A DNA stretch of 64,000 nucleotides from the human T2T-CHM13v2.0 reference genome, Homo sapiens. The translations under genes and the position numbers were made by a program. The notes under the pieces were generated by a model. That model searched no databases. It saw nothing but the letters and a program-made list of their open reading frames with translations, and was not told the origin of the DNA. The DNA is taken from NCBI RefSeq assembly GCF_009914755.1, contig NC_060926.1; one strand, 5' to 3'. Position 1 is the stretch's first letter. Every line of letters starts with the position of its first letter. Positions 11,810-25,425 of this stretch are shown in pieces.

Positions 11810-12135
11810 ATGACTTTGGGCAAACGCTTAACCTCTTTGAGCCTGAGTTTTCTTCCTCTGCTTCACAGATAAATATCTACATACAGGGGTGATATGAAGA
11901 TTAATTAAATAAGTTGAAATGTAGTGGTTAAGAGTGGTAAGTCCAAATCTCAAACTGCACTTAGTTACTAAATAACCTTGGGAAAGTTACTTTTGTGCCC
12001 AGTTTCCTTATCTGTAAAACTGACATAATAATAGTGCCTACCTCCCAGAATTGTTGTGAAGCACAGAATTGTTCTAAAGAGCGAAGCTTAGCATATATTA
12101 AGTATTTGATAAATATTGGCTCTCATTATTTTTGC
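11810..12135 (+). mobile_element. Two MIR fragments
   Basis: GACTTTGGGCAAACGCTTAACCTCTTTGAGCCTGAGTTTTC and ACCTTGGGAAAGTTACTT...CAGTTTCCTTATCTGTAAAA. Confidence 0.75.
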
Positions 12136-12753
12136 TATCTAGGACTCAGCATCCTGAAAATAGAGAATACCCCTTCTTTTCACGTGCCCATTGGACATTC
12201 ACAAAAATTGAGAATTTATTATGCCCATAAAAAAACCTCAATATATTGCAAAAAGTAGAGTGTGAGCAGCATGTTCTGAGAACAGTTCTGTAATTGCTGA
12301 CATAAGTAACTCTCTAAATCAACTCTTGGGTCAAAAAGAAAATAAATAAATTACAGAACACCTTCAAAATAACAATAATGGAAACCTCATATACTAGAAC
12401 TTATGGTCTGCAACTAAAGGACTTTCTAGTATTACTTGTGAATATTGATACAAAAATACTGGATAAAATATGAGTAAACAAGATCCACCAACACACGCAA
12501 TCATTTACCACAACCCACTGGACATGCCCATGCCCTTTCAAAAATATAAGTATATGATCCTTGTTTGGGGTAGGGGACAGGAAAACTCTCAAAAGCATTC
12601 TTGGGACAGTGGAGGAAATTAAAATATGGACTGGATAGTAAATGTTTTTCCAACAATTTTGTTTTAGCAAATTACATCCTTATCACAACACCCTATAAAC
12701 CAGGTACTATCATTGGCCCTGTTCAACAGATAAGAAAACTGAGGTGCAGAAAT

Positions 12754-13134
<381 letters not shown>

Positions 13135-13521
13135 GAGGTGCAGAAATGTTAATTTGCAGATGGACACATAGGAAATGGCGAGGCGAAGAAATGAACCCAG
13201 GCAATCTGAGCCTATAAAGTTCTTCCTTTTAAACTCTACGGGGTACTCTCTGAGCCATTCTCAGCTACAAAAGAGGGTCAGTAATTCTTATCTCTTGTGG
13301 TGGACAAGGTAAGATACGGAGTTGAGTGGGGAGAGGCATTGATGCTATCTTTATCTGTTTCTGTATTGTTGAGTTGTTATAATGAGCATGTATTATTCAT
13401 GTATTTTTTCATCAAGAAAATGTTTTTTAGGGGCCTATAAAAGTGCCTGGCACAAAGAGGCTCCCAATAAAAACATTATTATGTCTGAAAGGAAATTCAG
13501 AATTTCCATTTGACTTAATAG

Positions 13522-13591
13522 GAATTCATCAGCTCCAGAAGCTGGGTGAAGAAAAGAAACAAGATAGGGCAACAGCTAGAGGAGAATTCAG
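13522..13591 (+). other. ACYP2: Candidate 70-nt alternative cassette exon of ACYP2 (phase 2; would encode NSSAPEAG-stop)
   Basis: Acceptor TTTCCATTTGACTTAATAG|G, donor CAG|GTGAGA, and a purine-rich ESE-like body. Splicing is inferred only. Confidence 0.4.
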
Positions 13592-14745
13592 GTGAGAGGT
13601 TTCTACTTTCAAATGAGAAGGGCTTATACATCCTAAAGTAAGGGGTGGGAACAGAAGGAGGGAGAAGGAATTGGGAGCTGGGGGAAGAGTGGTCCTAAAG
13701 CCTCCCTAGATGAATTTAATTATTTGGGGGAAGGTTACTAGTGACCAATTGTTGACATATATATAAGCCCCATTTCATACATGCCATGAATAATAGGCCT
13801 CCCTGGGGTAACAAAAATTTAAAGATCATTCTGGAAAATGAGACAGGAATTAAAAGAACTCTATGGCTTGCTTTCTTTATCTACCTGGTTCTGGCAATGT
13901 GAGAATAGGTTTTCTGAAGAGGAGCCAATAGTTTGTTTTTCCACTTGTGGGTTACAATGGTAAAATGATTGTTGGCAAAAGAACATCTTTTCAAGCAGCT
14001 TCCCTTGGTGTAGGTCAGAGGGGCAACAAGCAGAGTTATTTCTGCAGCTGGGAAAAAGGTTCAGAGCTATCTTCCTAGAATCGGCTCTTGTTTCAGAATC
14101 TAAAATAGATTTGAAATATTGTGCTATTTGGGAATTGGGGCCTATTCATGCTAAGCACATCTGTGGGTAGCTGTTGAAATTCAAATAAATTCAAATAAAG
14201 TCCAAGTAATGCTCATACTACACTTACCAATTTCAAATTTTAAAAATACATATATACAATACCTGCACCCCATTTGGTATCACTACCTAAGACACAATAT
14301 GGAAAGCCTTCATTTTCTGCCAGCCATAGCTGCTTTGAACCTGAACCACAACATTTAATTCCTTTGAAAATGCCCCTTCCTCCCTACCTGAACTTTTCAA
14401 CTGAGATTCATTTTCAAAAGTTTAAATATGAACTATAGCAAATAGTTCTATATTTTGGTTTTGATCATTTGACAGACTTTAGTAGCTGCAATGAGGTTGT
14501 TGGACTACTTAAGTCATAAAGCCAGGATTGAATAAATGCATTTTCCTTCTCGTCATCTTTCTGATTTCAGTAAATACAGTTTACTTAGGTGTGGTGATTA
14601 AGGAAACCTGGTCGATTTATTTATACACTATTCCATTCCATATTCAAGGTGTCTTTTAAAAGGCAAAGTAAGGGAACTTGCCTTTTTAAATTTAACCATG
14701 ACTTTCTTATAGTGATCTACCCAATGTATGGAAAGAAGTAGAACT

Positions 14746-15040
14746 GGCTGGGTGCAGTGACTGACACCTGTAATCCCAGCAAGTTGGGAGGCTGAGACAG
14801 GAAGATCACTTGAGCCCAGGAGTTCGAAACCAGCCTGGGCAACATAGTGAGACCCAGTCTCTACCAAAAAAAAAAAAAAAAAAAAAATTAGCTGGGAATG
14901 GTGGCATGCGTCTGGAGTCCCAGCTACTTGGGAGGCTGAGGTGGGAGGATGCTTGAGCCCAGGAGGTTAAGGCTGCAGTGAGCCGTGTTGGCAGCACTGC
15001 ACTCCAGCCTGGAGCAAGACCCCTTTCTCAAACAAACAAT
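14746..15040 (+). mobile_element. AluJ
   Basis: GGCTGGGTGCAGTG...GGATGCTTGAGCCCAGGAGGTTAAGGCTGCAGTGAGC. Long A-linker. Confidence 0.9.
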
Positions 15041-15334
15041 TATTTTAAGGTTGTGAGTTTTTCTTTTTTTTCCTTAATAGTTAAAAATTTGAAAGGCATT
15101 TAAGTGACATATTCATGTCATAACCTGAGAGTTTACAATGTTATAAGTAGGTAACACATTAAGCACATTATATGAATTATCTCTTAATTTAAACCTCATA
15201 ATTACCCAATGAAGTTTGTGTCATCATTTCCATCTTACTTATAAATGTATCCAAGGCTTACAAATAAGTAATTTGTCCAAGGTCACACACTCAGCCAGGA
15301 GTGAAACTGTGCCCATTATTCAAATTATTAACTA

Positions 15335-15475
15335 TTTTGATTTTTATTATTATTTGTAGAGACAGGGGCTCACTATGTTGCCCAGGCTAGTCTTGAATTC
15401 TTGGCCTTAAGCGATTATTCCAGGTCAGCCTCCCAAAGTGCTGGGATTACAGGCATGAGCCACTGTGCCCAGCCT
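15335..15475 (-). mobile_element. Alu monomer (FLAM)
   Basis: GTAGAGACAGGGGCTCACTATGTTGCCCAGGCT...GTGCCCAGCC. Confidence 0.85.
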
Positions 15476-16679
15476 GAGCTGTTAACTCTTAATCTAAACA
15501 ATGCCTTTTACATGAGAAACAGTAAACAAGATGGCAAGGGATGGCAAAGAGGATACTGAAATATGTTAGGAGCTACATACAAGAAATAAATTCACAGTTA
15601 AAAGATGAAGACCTTTATCTAAATCCAGGCAAACTGCAAACTTTAAAAAGAATTATGATAAGAATAAAGCATCAGGAAGGAGAAAGACAAACTGATGACA
15701 CTGATATCCCAGAATAAGGCCCCATAGACAAAGGTATAACCATCATCACATATGGTTGGTGACTCCCACAGCGTGTTCCTCACCTTCCCCAGTGCCTTTG
15801 GGAAATGTGAGTGTTCTCTGTAAAAGTTCTGGCATGGTGAAAGATCCTAACTCTAGGAAGCTGAATAACTTACCATTTGGCACTAATATCCCTGATTTCT
15901 TCTGTTTAACTTTTTTGCTCTCATCTCTATGTTGAAAAATGCAATAGATGTTAAAATCAGTAATAATGTTCAATAACTAGTACAGCTGTTCCCTTGTTCC
16001 ACCTCAATTTTATTTATAGAAAAGCCATTATTCCACTATTCTATATCAATAACAATTTTCATTTGTTTTTCTACGTGTATAATATGAATTATATTAAGTA
16101 ACAAATTTTCCAGTTTTCATAATAATAATTCTAATGACTATATAACAGTCTGTTGAGTTGATGCACTGTAATTTATACTGGGTATTTTGTTTCCAGTTTT
16201 TTGCTATTATAAATATCCTTCCAAGAATTTATTTAGGCATCTAATTTACTTAAATTTCTTCATATGCAAATAGTATGTTTATGTCCTCTGACCATTTATC
16301 TCTTGAGGTTTTAATATTTTTGAAGATTTGGATAAGTCCTTAATTTGTTATGTATACTAACTTCTTCCCTGTTTCCTAATTATGTTTCCCTTCTTGTGTG
16401 TTTCAATCATTGTTAGTTTTTTTATGTTAAAATCACTTTTTCTTGATGTTTTTAAGCTATTTTTTTGTGTGATTTCCATTGTTGCCATAAGCTTTTCAAA
16501 AATGCTGTCTAAAGATTTCACAGATATTTGATGCATATTTCTCCTAGTTTGCTAAAAATTAAAGGATATAGTTAACTCTTTAATGCACTATGATCTTACT
16601 CTGCTATGTACCATAAGTGCTAATTTAAATTACTTTTTGTTTTTGTGTTTTTTAGCCAGTTATCCTGGCAATTATTAAA

Positions 16680-16865
16680 ACATAATTAGCCAGACATGGT
16701 GGCACACATCTGTAGTCCCACCTGTTTGGGAGGCTAAAGTGGGAAGATCATTTGAGCTCAGTAGACGAGGCTACAGTGAGCCATGATCACACAACTACAC
16801 TCCAGCCTGGGTGACAAAGCGAGATATGTCTCAAAATTTTAAAAATAAAGATAAAAAATAAAAAT
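16680..16865 (+). mobile_element. Alu right arm (AluJ/FRAM)
   Basis: AATTAGCCAGACATGGTGGCAC...CCAGCCTGGGTGACAAAGCGAGA followed by an A tail. Confidence 0.85.
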
Positions 16866-17233
16866 GAATACAATGAATAAAATGTAATTACTAACTTATT
16901 TTTTCCTAATTTTATGATAGTATATGTTGAATTTATTTCTACATGTCTTACACTGCTTTATTCAATTAGTGTAATAACTTATACTTTAGGTTTTAGGATT
17001 TCCTGGGGAAATTCTGGAGACTAGAGCAGCATCATAAGTCACACTTTCTTTGTTAGTGTGGAATTTCAATATTTAACAAACAGTAAATAACTTCACTTGG
17101 TGAACATTGTTTTTCTATATAATATATATCTAAATCTGTTTATCTTGTTTTGTATAGTCCATTAAAGCTTTGTACTTTTCTTTACATATGGCACATACAA
17201 TTCTTTATCATTTTCTTTATAAATGTCATGGTT

Positions 17234-17952
17234 TGAAACCACGTTTGCAGAGATGATAAAAGTGAGAGACTGAGGCAAGATGCTTCTTGCCTCACAGGTG
17301 GTGCTCCTTGCTCATTCCAGGGCATAGGCCAAGCTCACTATGGAAGAAATTTAGTTTATAGTTTGACTTTGAACCAAGGATGATAATAGTCCCTCCCTAA
17401 AACTGATCCCCTCCTTGTCCGGGACTGAAGCCACCTTTGTAAAACTAATGAAAGGCCACAAGATTAGTATTATGGGAGGAGCCTCAATTCTGCTCAAATG
17501 TAGGCATAGTTTCTATAATCCCTTACTGCTCAGTACTCATGTGGCCAGAGGTCACAAGATTTAAGACTTCCCCAATTGCGCCCATAGATAACATCACTAT
17601 TGTAGAACCTACGATTGGGTTTTTGAGATGTTTTTTCACTTTTGTTTTCTGGCAACTGACTGACCATATCCAACCAGTGACTCATGACTCAACCAGTGTG
17701 TCCTGTGGCCCCCCACCCAAAGGAGGACTCAGCACACTGGGATCATTTTCCATACCCCTGTGATTTCATCCCAAATCAATCATCGGCACCCATTCCCTAT
17801 CCCTCTGTGCACCAAATTATCCATACAAACCCTAGCCCCTTATCAGAGAGACTGATTTGAGTGATAACCCCAGTCCTTCTGCTTGGCAGCCTTGCATTAA
17901 TTAAACTCTTTAACTGCAATACCAGGACCTCAGTAAAGTGGTTTTTTCTGTG
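17234..17952 (+). mobile_element. ERV1 solo LTR, LTR8-family
   Basis: Starts TGAAACCACGTTTGCA. Contains CATTCCAGGGCATAGGCCAAGCTCACTATGGAAGAAATTTAGTTTATAG and ATTAAACTCTT near the 3' end. Confidence 0.8.
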
Positions 17953-19689
17953 TCCCCTCCACCCTTTTTTGTGGCTATGTTAAATGGGATTTCTTCTCTT
18001 TTTGTTAAACTAGTGGTTACCACAATAAAGAAATCCCCTAATTATAGTGAATTCACTATAAACCTAGTCACTTTGATAAACTCACATAGGCTAATAAGCA
18101 AATTTCTTAGGATTTTTAGACATGCATTGCTTTCTGCAAATAATCATAGTTTTCTCTCACCCCTTAATGTATCATTCTGTTGTCACGAAGTGAATGCAGT
18201 TGCCATTATTCCTGTATTAGAGTGCTAGGCTGGAAAGGCAAGAAACATACATGTTACTTTCAGTTCCTCAACTGAGGAAGCCATTGATGAAGCACCTTCT
18301 TTTCATGGATCAAGCACCATGCTAAACACTTCATATCGACCATCTTGCCCAAGGCTGAGAACAAGCCTACCAAGTATACAATTATTAAATATCAGTGTTG
18401 AGGAAACTGAAGTTTAGCAGATGTAGGCTGCCCATGTTAGGCCCCAAGAAGCAATAAAAAATGGAACACTGAGGGGCCTAACTATGGGGGTCTGTGAATG
18501 AAAGGCTGTGAGTCTGTGTCTCTGGGCTCCTGTGACTGGCAGGTTTATCTCTACCCAGGAGCTGCATTGACCATGAACTTTGGCCAGTGATCTATGAGGA
18601 ACTAGGGAGGGATCTCAGAGCTGAATCCGCTCGCTTGCATCTGTGTCTTGTGCATATGCTTCACACTTCCTGTTTCTAGGTCATAGTAAGTCTATGTGAA
18701 AGTAATCCTGAAGGTAGTCTATGTTCTTGTTTTCACTGCTCTCCAACCCATCAGCCCTTTGAGGTTAATTTATCTCAGATCTTAGAAATAGCAAACGATG
18801 GAGTAAGTGGCTTCCTTCACGACCAGTGGTCTTTCCATTGTACCAATGATGTCCTCATCCAAATGTAAGTCAGATAAGATGATCCAATTTTGACAGGCTG
18901 ACTGTTCCTGAATATGCATTATACAAATTCTCACAGAGGCTATACTGTCCACATCCTTGAGTTGCTTATATTGCTTTGCACATAACAAGTATTCAATAAA
19001 TATTTGTTGATGCAGAATGAATGAATGAATGAGGCAAAGACAACAGTCTTAATGCTTTTCCTACAAGAGAGACTTTCAATGATAGAATACAAACTCATGT
19101 GGTATCTCCTAAAAATCTCACCATTTCACATTTCAAATGTGGAAGCTTCTATAAAGACTGTATTTGTCATGAGCCTTTTCACAAGAAGATGTTTAGTACC
19201 AGGTCAGCTTGTTTTCATCTTGTTTTCAAAGAATTGGGGTTAGGAAAGCAGGAAACTAGGAAGGATCAAGGTGGGAACAGTGGTAGGCAGGCTTTTCTCT
19301 GACAAAGTTGTTTGGGTTATTTTTATCTTTCTGCTTCTGTTACAGCAACAATATGAGAAAACTGACTGTTCAAATTTAATAAATAGAGTCTGTCCAAACC
19401 CAATTTTGAACAAATGACAAACTATGGTGCACATGCATTAACATTTCTGTTTGGGTATGCAATGGGAAACTAAGTCTTATGTTCTCGTCTGTAATTTAAA
19501 CATACAAAGTTTTAAATGTTCCATTAGAAGATATACTACAATACTAGTACATTAATTGAGTGTTCTTTGTTATGCCAAAAAATTCCAAAGGAAGTTACAC
19601 AGCCCCTAGAAGGCATAGAATCTGTAGATTTTGTAATTATGGTTTTTAAACTTAAAATCTCATTGAAGTCATTAGTTAACATTTCTAAA

Positions 19690-19989
19690 CTTTTTGTTTG
19701 TTTTTGTTTTAGACAGATTCTGGCTCTGTTGCCAGGCTGGAGTGCAGTGGGACAGTCTCACCTCACTACAACCTCTGCCTCCTGGATTCAAGCAATTCTC
19801 CTGCCTCAGCCTCCCGATTAGCTAAGATTACAGGTGCCCACCACCACGCCCATCTAATTTTTTATATTTTTAGTAGAGATGGCATTTCACCATGTTTGCC
19901 AGGCTGGTCGTGAACTCCTGACCTCAGGTGATTCACCTGCCTCGACCTGCCAGTGTTGGGATTACAGGCATGAGCCCTCGCACCTGGCC
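19690..19989 (-). mobile_element. AluS
   Basis: Full reverse Alu flanked by the direct repeat ACATTTCTAAACTTTT. Confidence 0.92.
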
Positions 19990-20223
19990 ACATTTCTAAA
20001 CTTTTATGCCTGAATAATTCTGAACAGATATTCCAATAACCTTCCTGCCCTCCACCTCATCCCAGCCAAAGCCGGGAGAGAGGGAAGACCTATACTACCA
20101 ATAGTTACAAACAGTTATTTTTGGAATTAAAAACAGGAATTTGCACCATGAACAAGTGTCTCGTTTTGTCTTCTGAGCTTCTCAAAAACCACCATTATAT
20201 TGAGACTATAAAATTGTTCTTTA

Positions 20224-20878
20224 GGCTGGGCAAGATGGCTTATGCCTGTTGTATTAGTCTGTTTTCACACCGCTGATAAAGACATACCTGAGACTGAGCA
20301 ATTTACAAAAGAAAGAGGTTTATAATGGACTTACAGTTTCACGTGGCTGGGGAAGCCTCATAATTATGGTGGAAGGCAAGGAGGAGCAGTCACATCTTAC
20401 ATGGATGGCAGCAGGCAAGAAAAGAGAGCTTGTGCAGTAAAACTCCCCCTTATAATAACCATCAGATCTCGTGAGACTTACCATTGCAAGAACAGGGCAG
20501 GAAAGACCTGCCCCTATAATTCAATCACCTCCCACCAGGTTCCTCCTATGACACATGAGAGTTGTGGAGATGAGATTTGGTAGGGGACACAGCCAAACCA
20601 TATCAACTGTAATCCCAGCACTTTGGGAGGCTGAGGTGGGAGGATTGCTTGAGCCCAGAGGTTTAAGACCAGCCTGGGCAACATAGTGAGCCCATTTCTA
20701 CAAAATAAAATAAAAAATTAACCAGGTATGGTGGTGCACACCTGTGGTCCCAGCTAGTGGGAGGATCACTTGAGCCTGAAAGGCCAAGGCTGCAGTGAGC
20801 CATGTTCACACCACTGCCCTCAGGCTGGGTGACAGAGCAAGACTCCATCTCAAAAAAAAAAAAAAAAAAAAAAAAAAA
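20224..20878 (+). mobile_element. AluJ split by a THE1 LTR
   Basis: GGCTGGGCAAGATGGCTTATGCCTGT, then the LTR, then ACTGTAATCCCAGCACTTTGGGAGG...poly(A). Confidence 0.88.
20250..20605 (-). mobile_element. THE1 solo LTR
   Basis: TGTATTAGTC...CCAAACCATATCA. TSD CCTGT/ACTGT. Confidence 0.92.
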
Positions 20879-22835
20879 GTTCTCTGAAACTAAAATAAAA
20901 ATCTAGGGAAATTAAACATTTTTTATTGCAAATCACTTAACCTTAGAATGTCAAAGATTTTCCCTAAGTTTTTATATAAAAAGAAGCATGGGAGAGAGCC
21001 ATAGGGAATCAAAATTTATGAGCCACAATATTTGCAAGAAGAGAAAACATTACATCAGCCATGCACGGTTTCTCCAACATGGATACAAAGCAGAATGATG
21101 TAATAGCAGCTGCAGTTTTGTGCTACCACATTAAACAGTGGTGCTTTCGATATCATTTAACTAAACCAAAATATGCAGTTCAACCTCACATAGCTCAAAA
21201 TACTCAGTTCAACCTGAGATGGTCCTGAATTAACTAGACCATGTTTCAGGCTTCTGAATATTATTTTTAAGTTCTGTGTAAGGTAAGGTATAAAAGAAGA
21301 AAAAAAACCTCCTTGCCTCAATAACTTTGGTTTTAATAAATGCACCAATAAATTTATTTGAACCCTGAGTTAAAATGATTCAGCTCTAGTGGATGACCAA
21401 ATTGAGGCTGCTTTTCTTTATTTATTCAAGTTAGATTTCATGTAAACCCTTAAATTGTATGAATTCAACTATCATTTCTAAAGCAGCCAGACTAATATGA
21501 ACCTAAATCTGAGTATACTTTTCCAGAAACAGCTGACTATTTAGGTCTCGTTATCTGTCCTGTATCTCACTATCTTCTTCCCAACCACAGGAAACTGAGG
21601 ATTGGCTACTGACTATTTGAAATTGGCTATTTCATAGAGGTAAAAATCTCATCAGTATGCTGGCAACAGTCTTTAATTTTGAAAGAGGAATAGTCCCACT
21701 TGACTATTTCTAGCTTCCAGTATTAGGTCAGGAGAGAAAACATTTCTTTAGAACCTTTTCCATAAAATCAGGGAATAATTTAGGAATGGGGAAATCTTCT
21801 AGTGTTTTATTTCAGCTCTCCTAGGGATGTGCTTCCCAAGGCTTTGACAGGGAGAAACTGATAGCTATCAGTGTGAATCAGCTTTGTGTCTAACAATTTC
21901 CTTTCTAAGGAACATCAAGCATAGAGAAATGATTAAGCATATTTATATAATCTAACATATTAAGTGAATTACATTTAGGTGAAATTGGAAAGTCAGCACA
22001 TATTGCTTTATAATGAACATCCAAGCCCTGCTTGATTTGCCTAATGGACTATTTGATAAGGGCAAAATACATTCTGATTTAATGGAATTTCTAATTAGTT
22101 AATATTTAGTCAAAGTGCAACATTAAGCGTATCCCTAATTATATGTATGATAGGAGTTTACAAAGCAATTGGTATGGGTTTTATATTTACATTTATATGT
22201 CATATATCTTTTTCTGAAAAAAAGTTGAAACTAGAACTTAAATAGCTTACATGTTTATCCTTTCTATCCTTGTTAGGAAAAATTCCTTTAAAGAGATTAC
22301 AATTATTACTGTACCCCGATAATCATTATTATCCTTGTGCTTAATTTTCATTCCTCTAACCTATCCTTTACCTTGAGTTTTTATCCCAAAATACAACTTC
22401 ATCCATGTCTTTACAGAAAAAAAAGTCCTTAGCAAGCTGTGCAAGACCCTTCCCCTCTGGCCATTGTCCCAATAGCATATTTTAGTTAATAAAAGTCTCT
22501 CACTCAAAATGTCTGGTGTCTCCATGTTGTTAGTGTAGGTATTTCAGACAGCATTCTCCTTTGTTAAACATCCTACATACATTAGTCTAATAGTTGTCAA
22601 TGTTATAACACTTATTTACACACTGGGGGAAAAATTACCCTTGCATTACCATGATGGAGTTACTAAACCCACTGAGAAGACTCAATACCATGGGTAGAAT
22701 CTTCATTAGTGTTTAACTCTGGATGTCATTACCTCCCAGCTAGAGACATTGTCAATAAAATTTCAGCATTTATTGTAATGACTTTGACTTTGATCATGAA
22801 AACCACATTTCATCTTTTTCTTTGGGTTCAGATTG

Positions 22836-22841
<6 letters not shown>

Positions 22842-22891
<50 letters not shown>

Positions 22892-22898
22892 ACACACA
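22842..22898. repeat. (CA)24 microsatellite with an interrupted extension
   Basis: Read directly. Confidence 0.97.
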
Positions 22899-23625
22899 AG
22901 AAAAATTGTTTTTTTCCTTTAGGGACTTTCTCAAACCCTTTCATAATCTTTTGTTAATTTTAAATTGATATTTACTGGAGAAATTTGAAAATAATTAAAA
23001 AAGGAAAGAATGAAAGCCATTCTTATTTCACGGGGTAACCACTATTATCCCTTTGATGCACATTTCCCAAATATTTTCCTGTCCATATGTTATTTTCTCA
23101 CAAAAGTGGGGTCATCCGCTACATCCTGTTTTGCAACTTGCTTTTTAAAAAAGCATAATACCATATTACAATCATCTTTATATATTAGTAAAAATTCATC
23201 TTCATAAATTTAATGGCTATTATTTCTATTTATGGAAATAACATATAAAAAATCCTAATTATTAGACATTTAAATTGCTTGAAACACTTTCCTGTTACGT
23301 ACAATGCTGTAATGACCATTCTTGAGGCAAAATCTTTACCTACATCCTTGATTATTAGGATAGAATTTTAGGAGCAGGATCGCTGAATCAAAGTGCATGC
23401 TCATTTTATTTGTTTACCTATTTAATAAGGCAACACAGGCAAGATGTACAAAAATTCAGAAGGACCAATGGGAGATTCAGTGACAAATAACTCTCCCTCC
23501 TTCCTTTTCCCTCCTAGGAGACAGCTACTTTTAATAGTTTCCATTTATTTTTCCAGAGATATTTAATGCATTTATATAAACACACACAAATCCTTTAATA
23601 TGCCTATTAAGAAATTAGTAAAATG

Positions 23626-23917
23626 GGCCGGGTGCAGTGACTCACATCTGCAATCCCAGCACTTTGGGAGGTTGAGGCGGGTGGATCATGAGGTCAGGAG
23701 TTCGAGACCAGCCTGACCAACATGGTGAAACCCCGTCTCTACTAAAAATACAAAAATTAGCCAGGTGTGGTGGCATGCGCCTGTAATCCCAGCTACTCAG
23801 GAGGCTGAGGCAGGAGAATCTGTTGAACTTGGGAGGCGGAGGTTGCAGTGAGCCACAGTCGTGCTACTGCACCCCAGCCTGGGCGATAGAGAGAGACTCC
23901 GTCTTAAAAAAAAAAAT
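23626..23917 (+). mobile_element. AluS
   Basis: GGCCGGGTGCAGTG...GACTCCGTCTT followed by poly(A). Confidence 0.93.
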
Positions 23918-24194
23918 GATTTCAATAATGAAAATTGTTTTATAATTTCATGTGCTAGATAATCATAGGCACAAAGCTTTCTACAATTAGGCAACATTCA
24001 TTATTTCAGTTCTATATTATTTCTTAATTTATATTTTACCTTACCTTTATGTAATAATATATTACTTGTCATTTACCATGATATTTTTATCTTCATTGAA
24101 TACTTTAAAAACATTTTATTATAGGAAGTTTCAAATGTACCCAAAAAGAGAATGCGATAAATCCCCAAGTCTCCAACTACTATGCACATTTTAA

Positions 24195-24505
24195 TTAATT
24201 AATTTATTTATTTATGTATTTATTTATGACGGAGTCTCGCTCTGTCACCCAGGCTGGACTCCAGTGGCTCACTCGGCTCACTGCAAGCTCTGCCTCCCAG
24301 GTTGATGCCATTCTCCCGCCTCAGCCTCCTGAGTAGCTGGGACTACAGGCGCCCGCCACCATGCCGAGCTAATTTTTTTGTGTTTTTAGTAGAGACAGGG
24401 TTTCACCGTGTTAGCCAGGATGGTCTCAATCTCCTGACCTCGTGATCCGCCCGCCTCGGACTCCCAAATTGCTGGGATTACAGGCGTCAGCCACCGCACC
24501 TAGCC
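24195..24505 (-). mobile_element. AluY with a (TAAA)n tail
   Basis: GCAAGCTCTGCC, GCCATTCTCC and TTCACCGTGTTAGCCAGG. TSD CATTTTAA (24187-94 / 24506-13). Confidence 0.9.
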
Positions 24506-25425
24506 CATTTTAAGTCTTTCAATAAACAATGCCAGGTTTTTCTCTATGAAAGGTTTTTTAGTGAGACTTACCCTATCTTCATTTTGTTGAGTTGAATTTT
24601 ATAGCTGCTGAAGCCAGGGTTACATCTTTTAGCAAGAATAAATTGGTGGTTGGAATAGAAAAAGTATAGTAACTTTTGTTGCACTGTGACAATAGATTTT
24701 ATCTGGCATGGTAATGCCAATCAACTTGGCATCATTTCCTGGCTCAGCGAGTTGGAATAATTATGAGAATCCATTCAGAGTCTGTGGGGAAAACTGCTAG
24801 GATTGATTAGCAATGTCTACCATTGGAAAAGTAGAGAATTGTTGGCTTTTATGACATAGACAGTTTGCCGATTCTGCTTTAGCTTACATGCATAACAGCA
24901 TACTTTTTTTTAAACCATTCTTTTGCTTAGTAGCCATAAAAATCAATTTGGCTTATTTAAAAGTTTCATAATGAAACATACCTATTTACCTATAGGTTTC
25001 TTTTGCCAGATATTATATTAACAACTTTTCTTAAAAATAATTTTATTTTTTGAAAGGAACTAAATAATGTCAGTATATAGATGCTGCTGTACTATCATTA
25101 AGGAAGCATGTGCTGAGGTTGTGTTCTCAGAAACAAGGAAGAATGACATTTGTCCAGTCACGGAGCTCTGTGGCTCCATGCAGGGCCATGAATTTGTTGA
25201 TGTCTGTGATGTACAGTCATGGAACAGAGAGAAGCTAACTGACCCATGATAAGTTAAACCTCAAATCTTACCACTTTTAATGCCACAGTAAAATTTTCTA
25301 AGCTGGTCAACCACAACAAAGGTATATTTAAAAACTAATATGAAGTATATCAAGAATTTAAGAACTGCTGTTTCATGAACCTATGGAATGGCAGATCTGA
25401 AAGTCATCGTGGAGATCGTTTAGAC

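Noticed and set aside
13265-13314. Strong donor-like AAG|GTAAGA near 13308
   Set aside because: There is no convincing upstream polypyrimidine tract, and isolated donor matches are frequent by chance.
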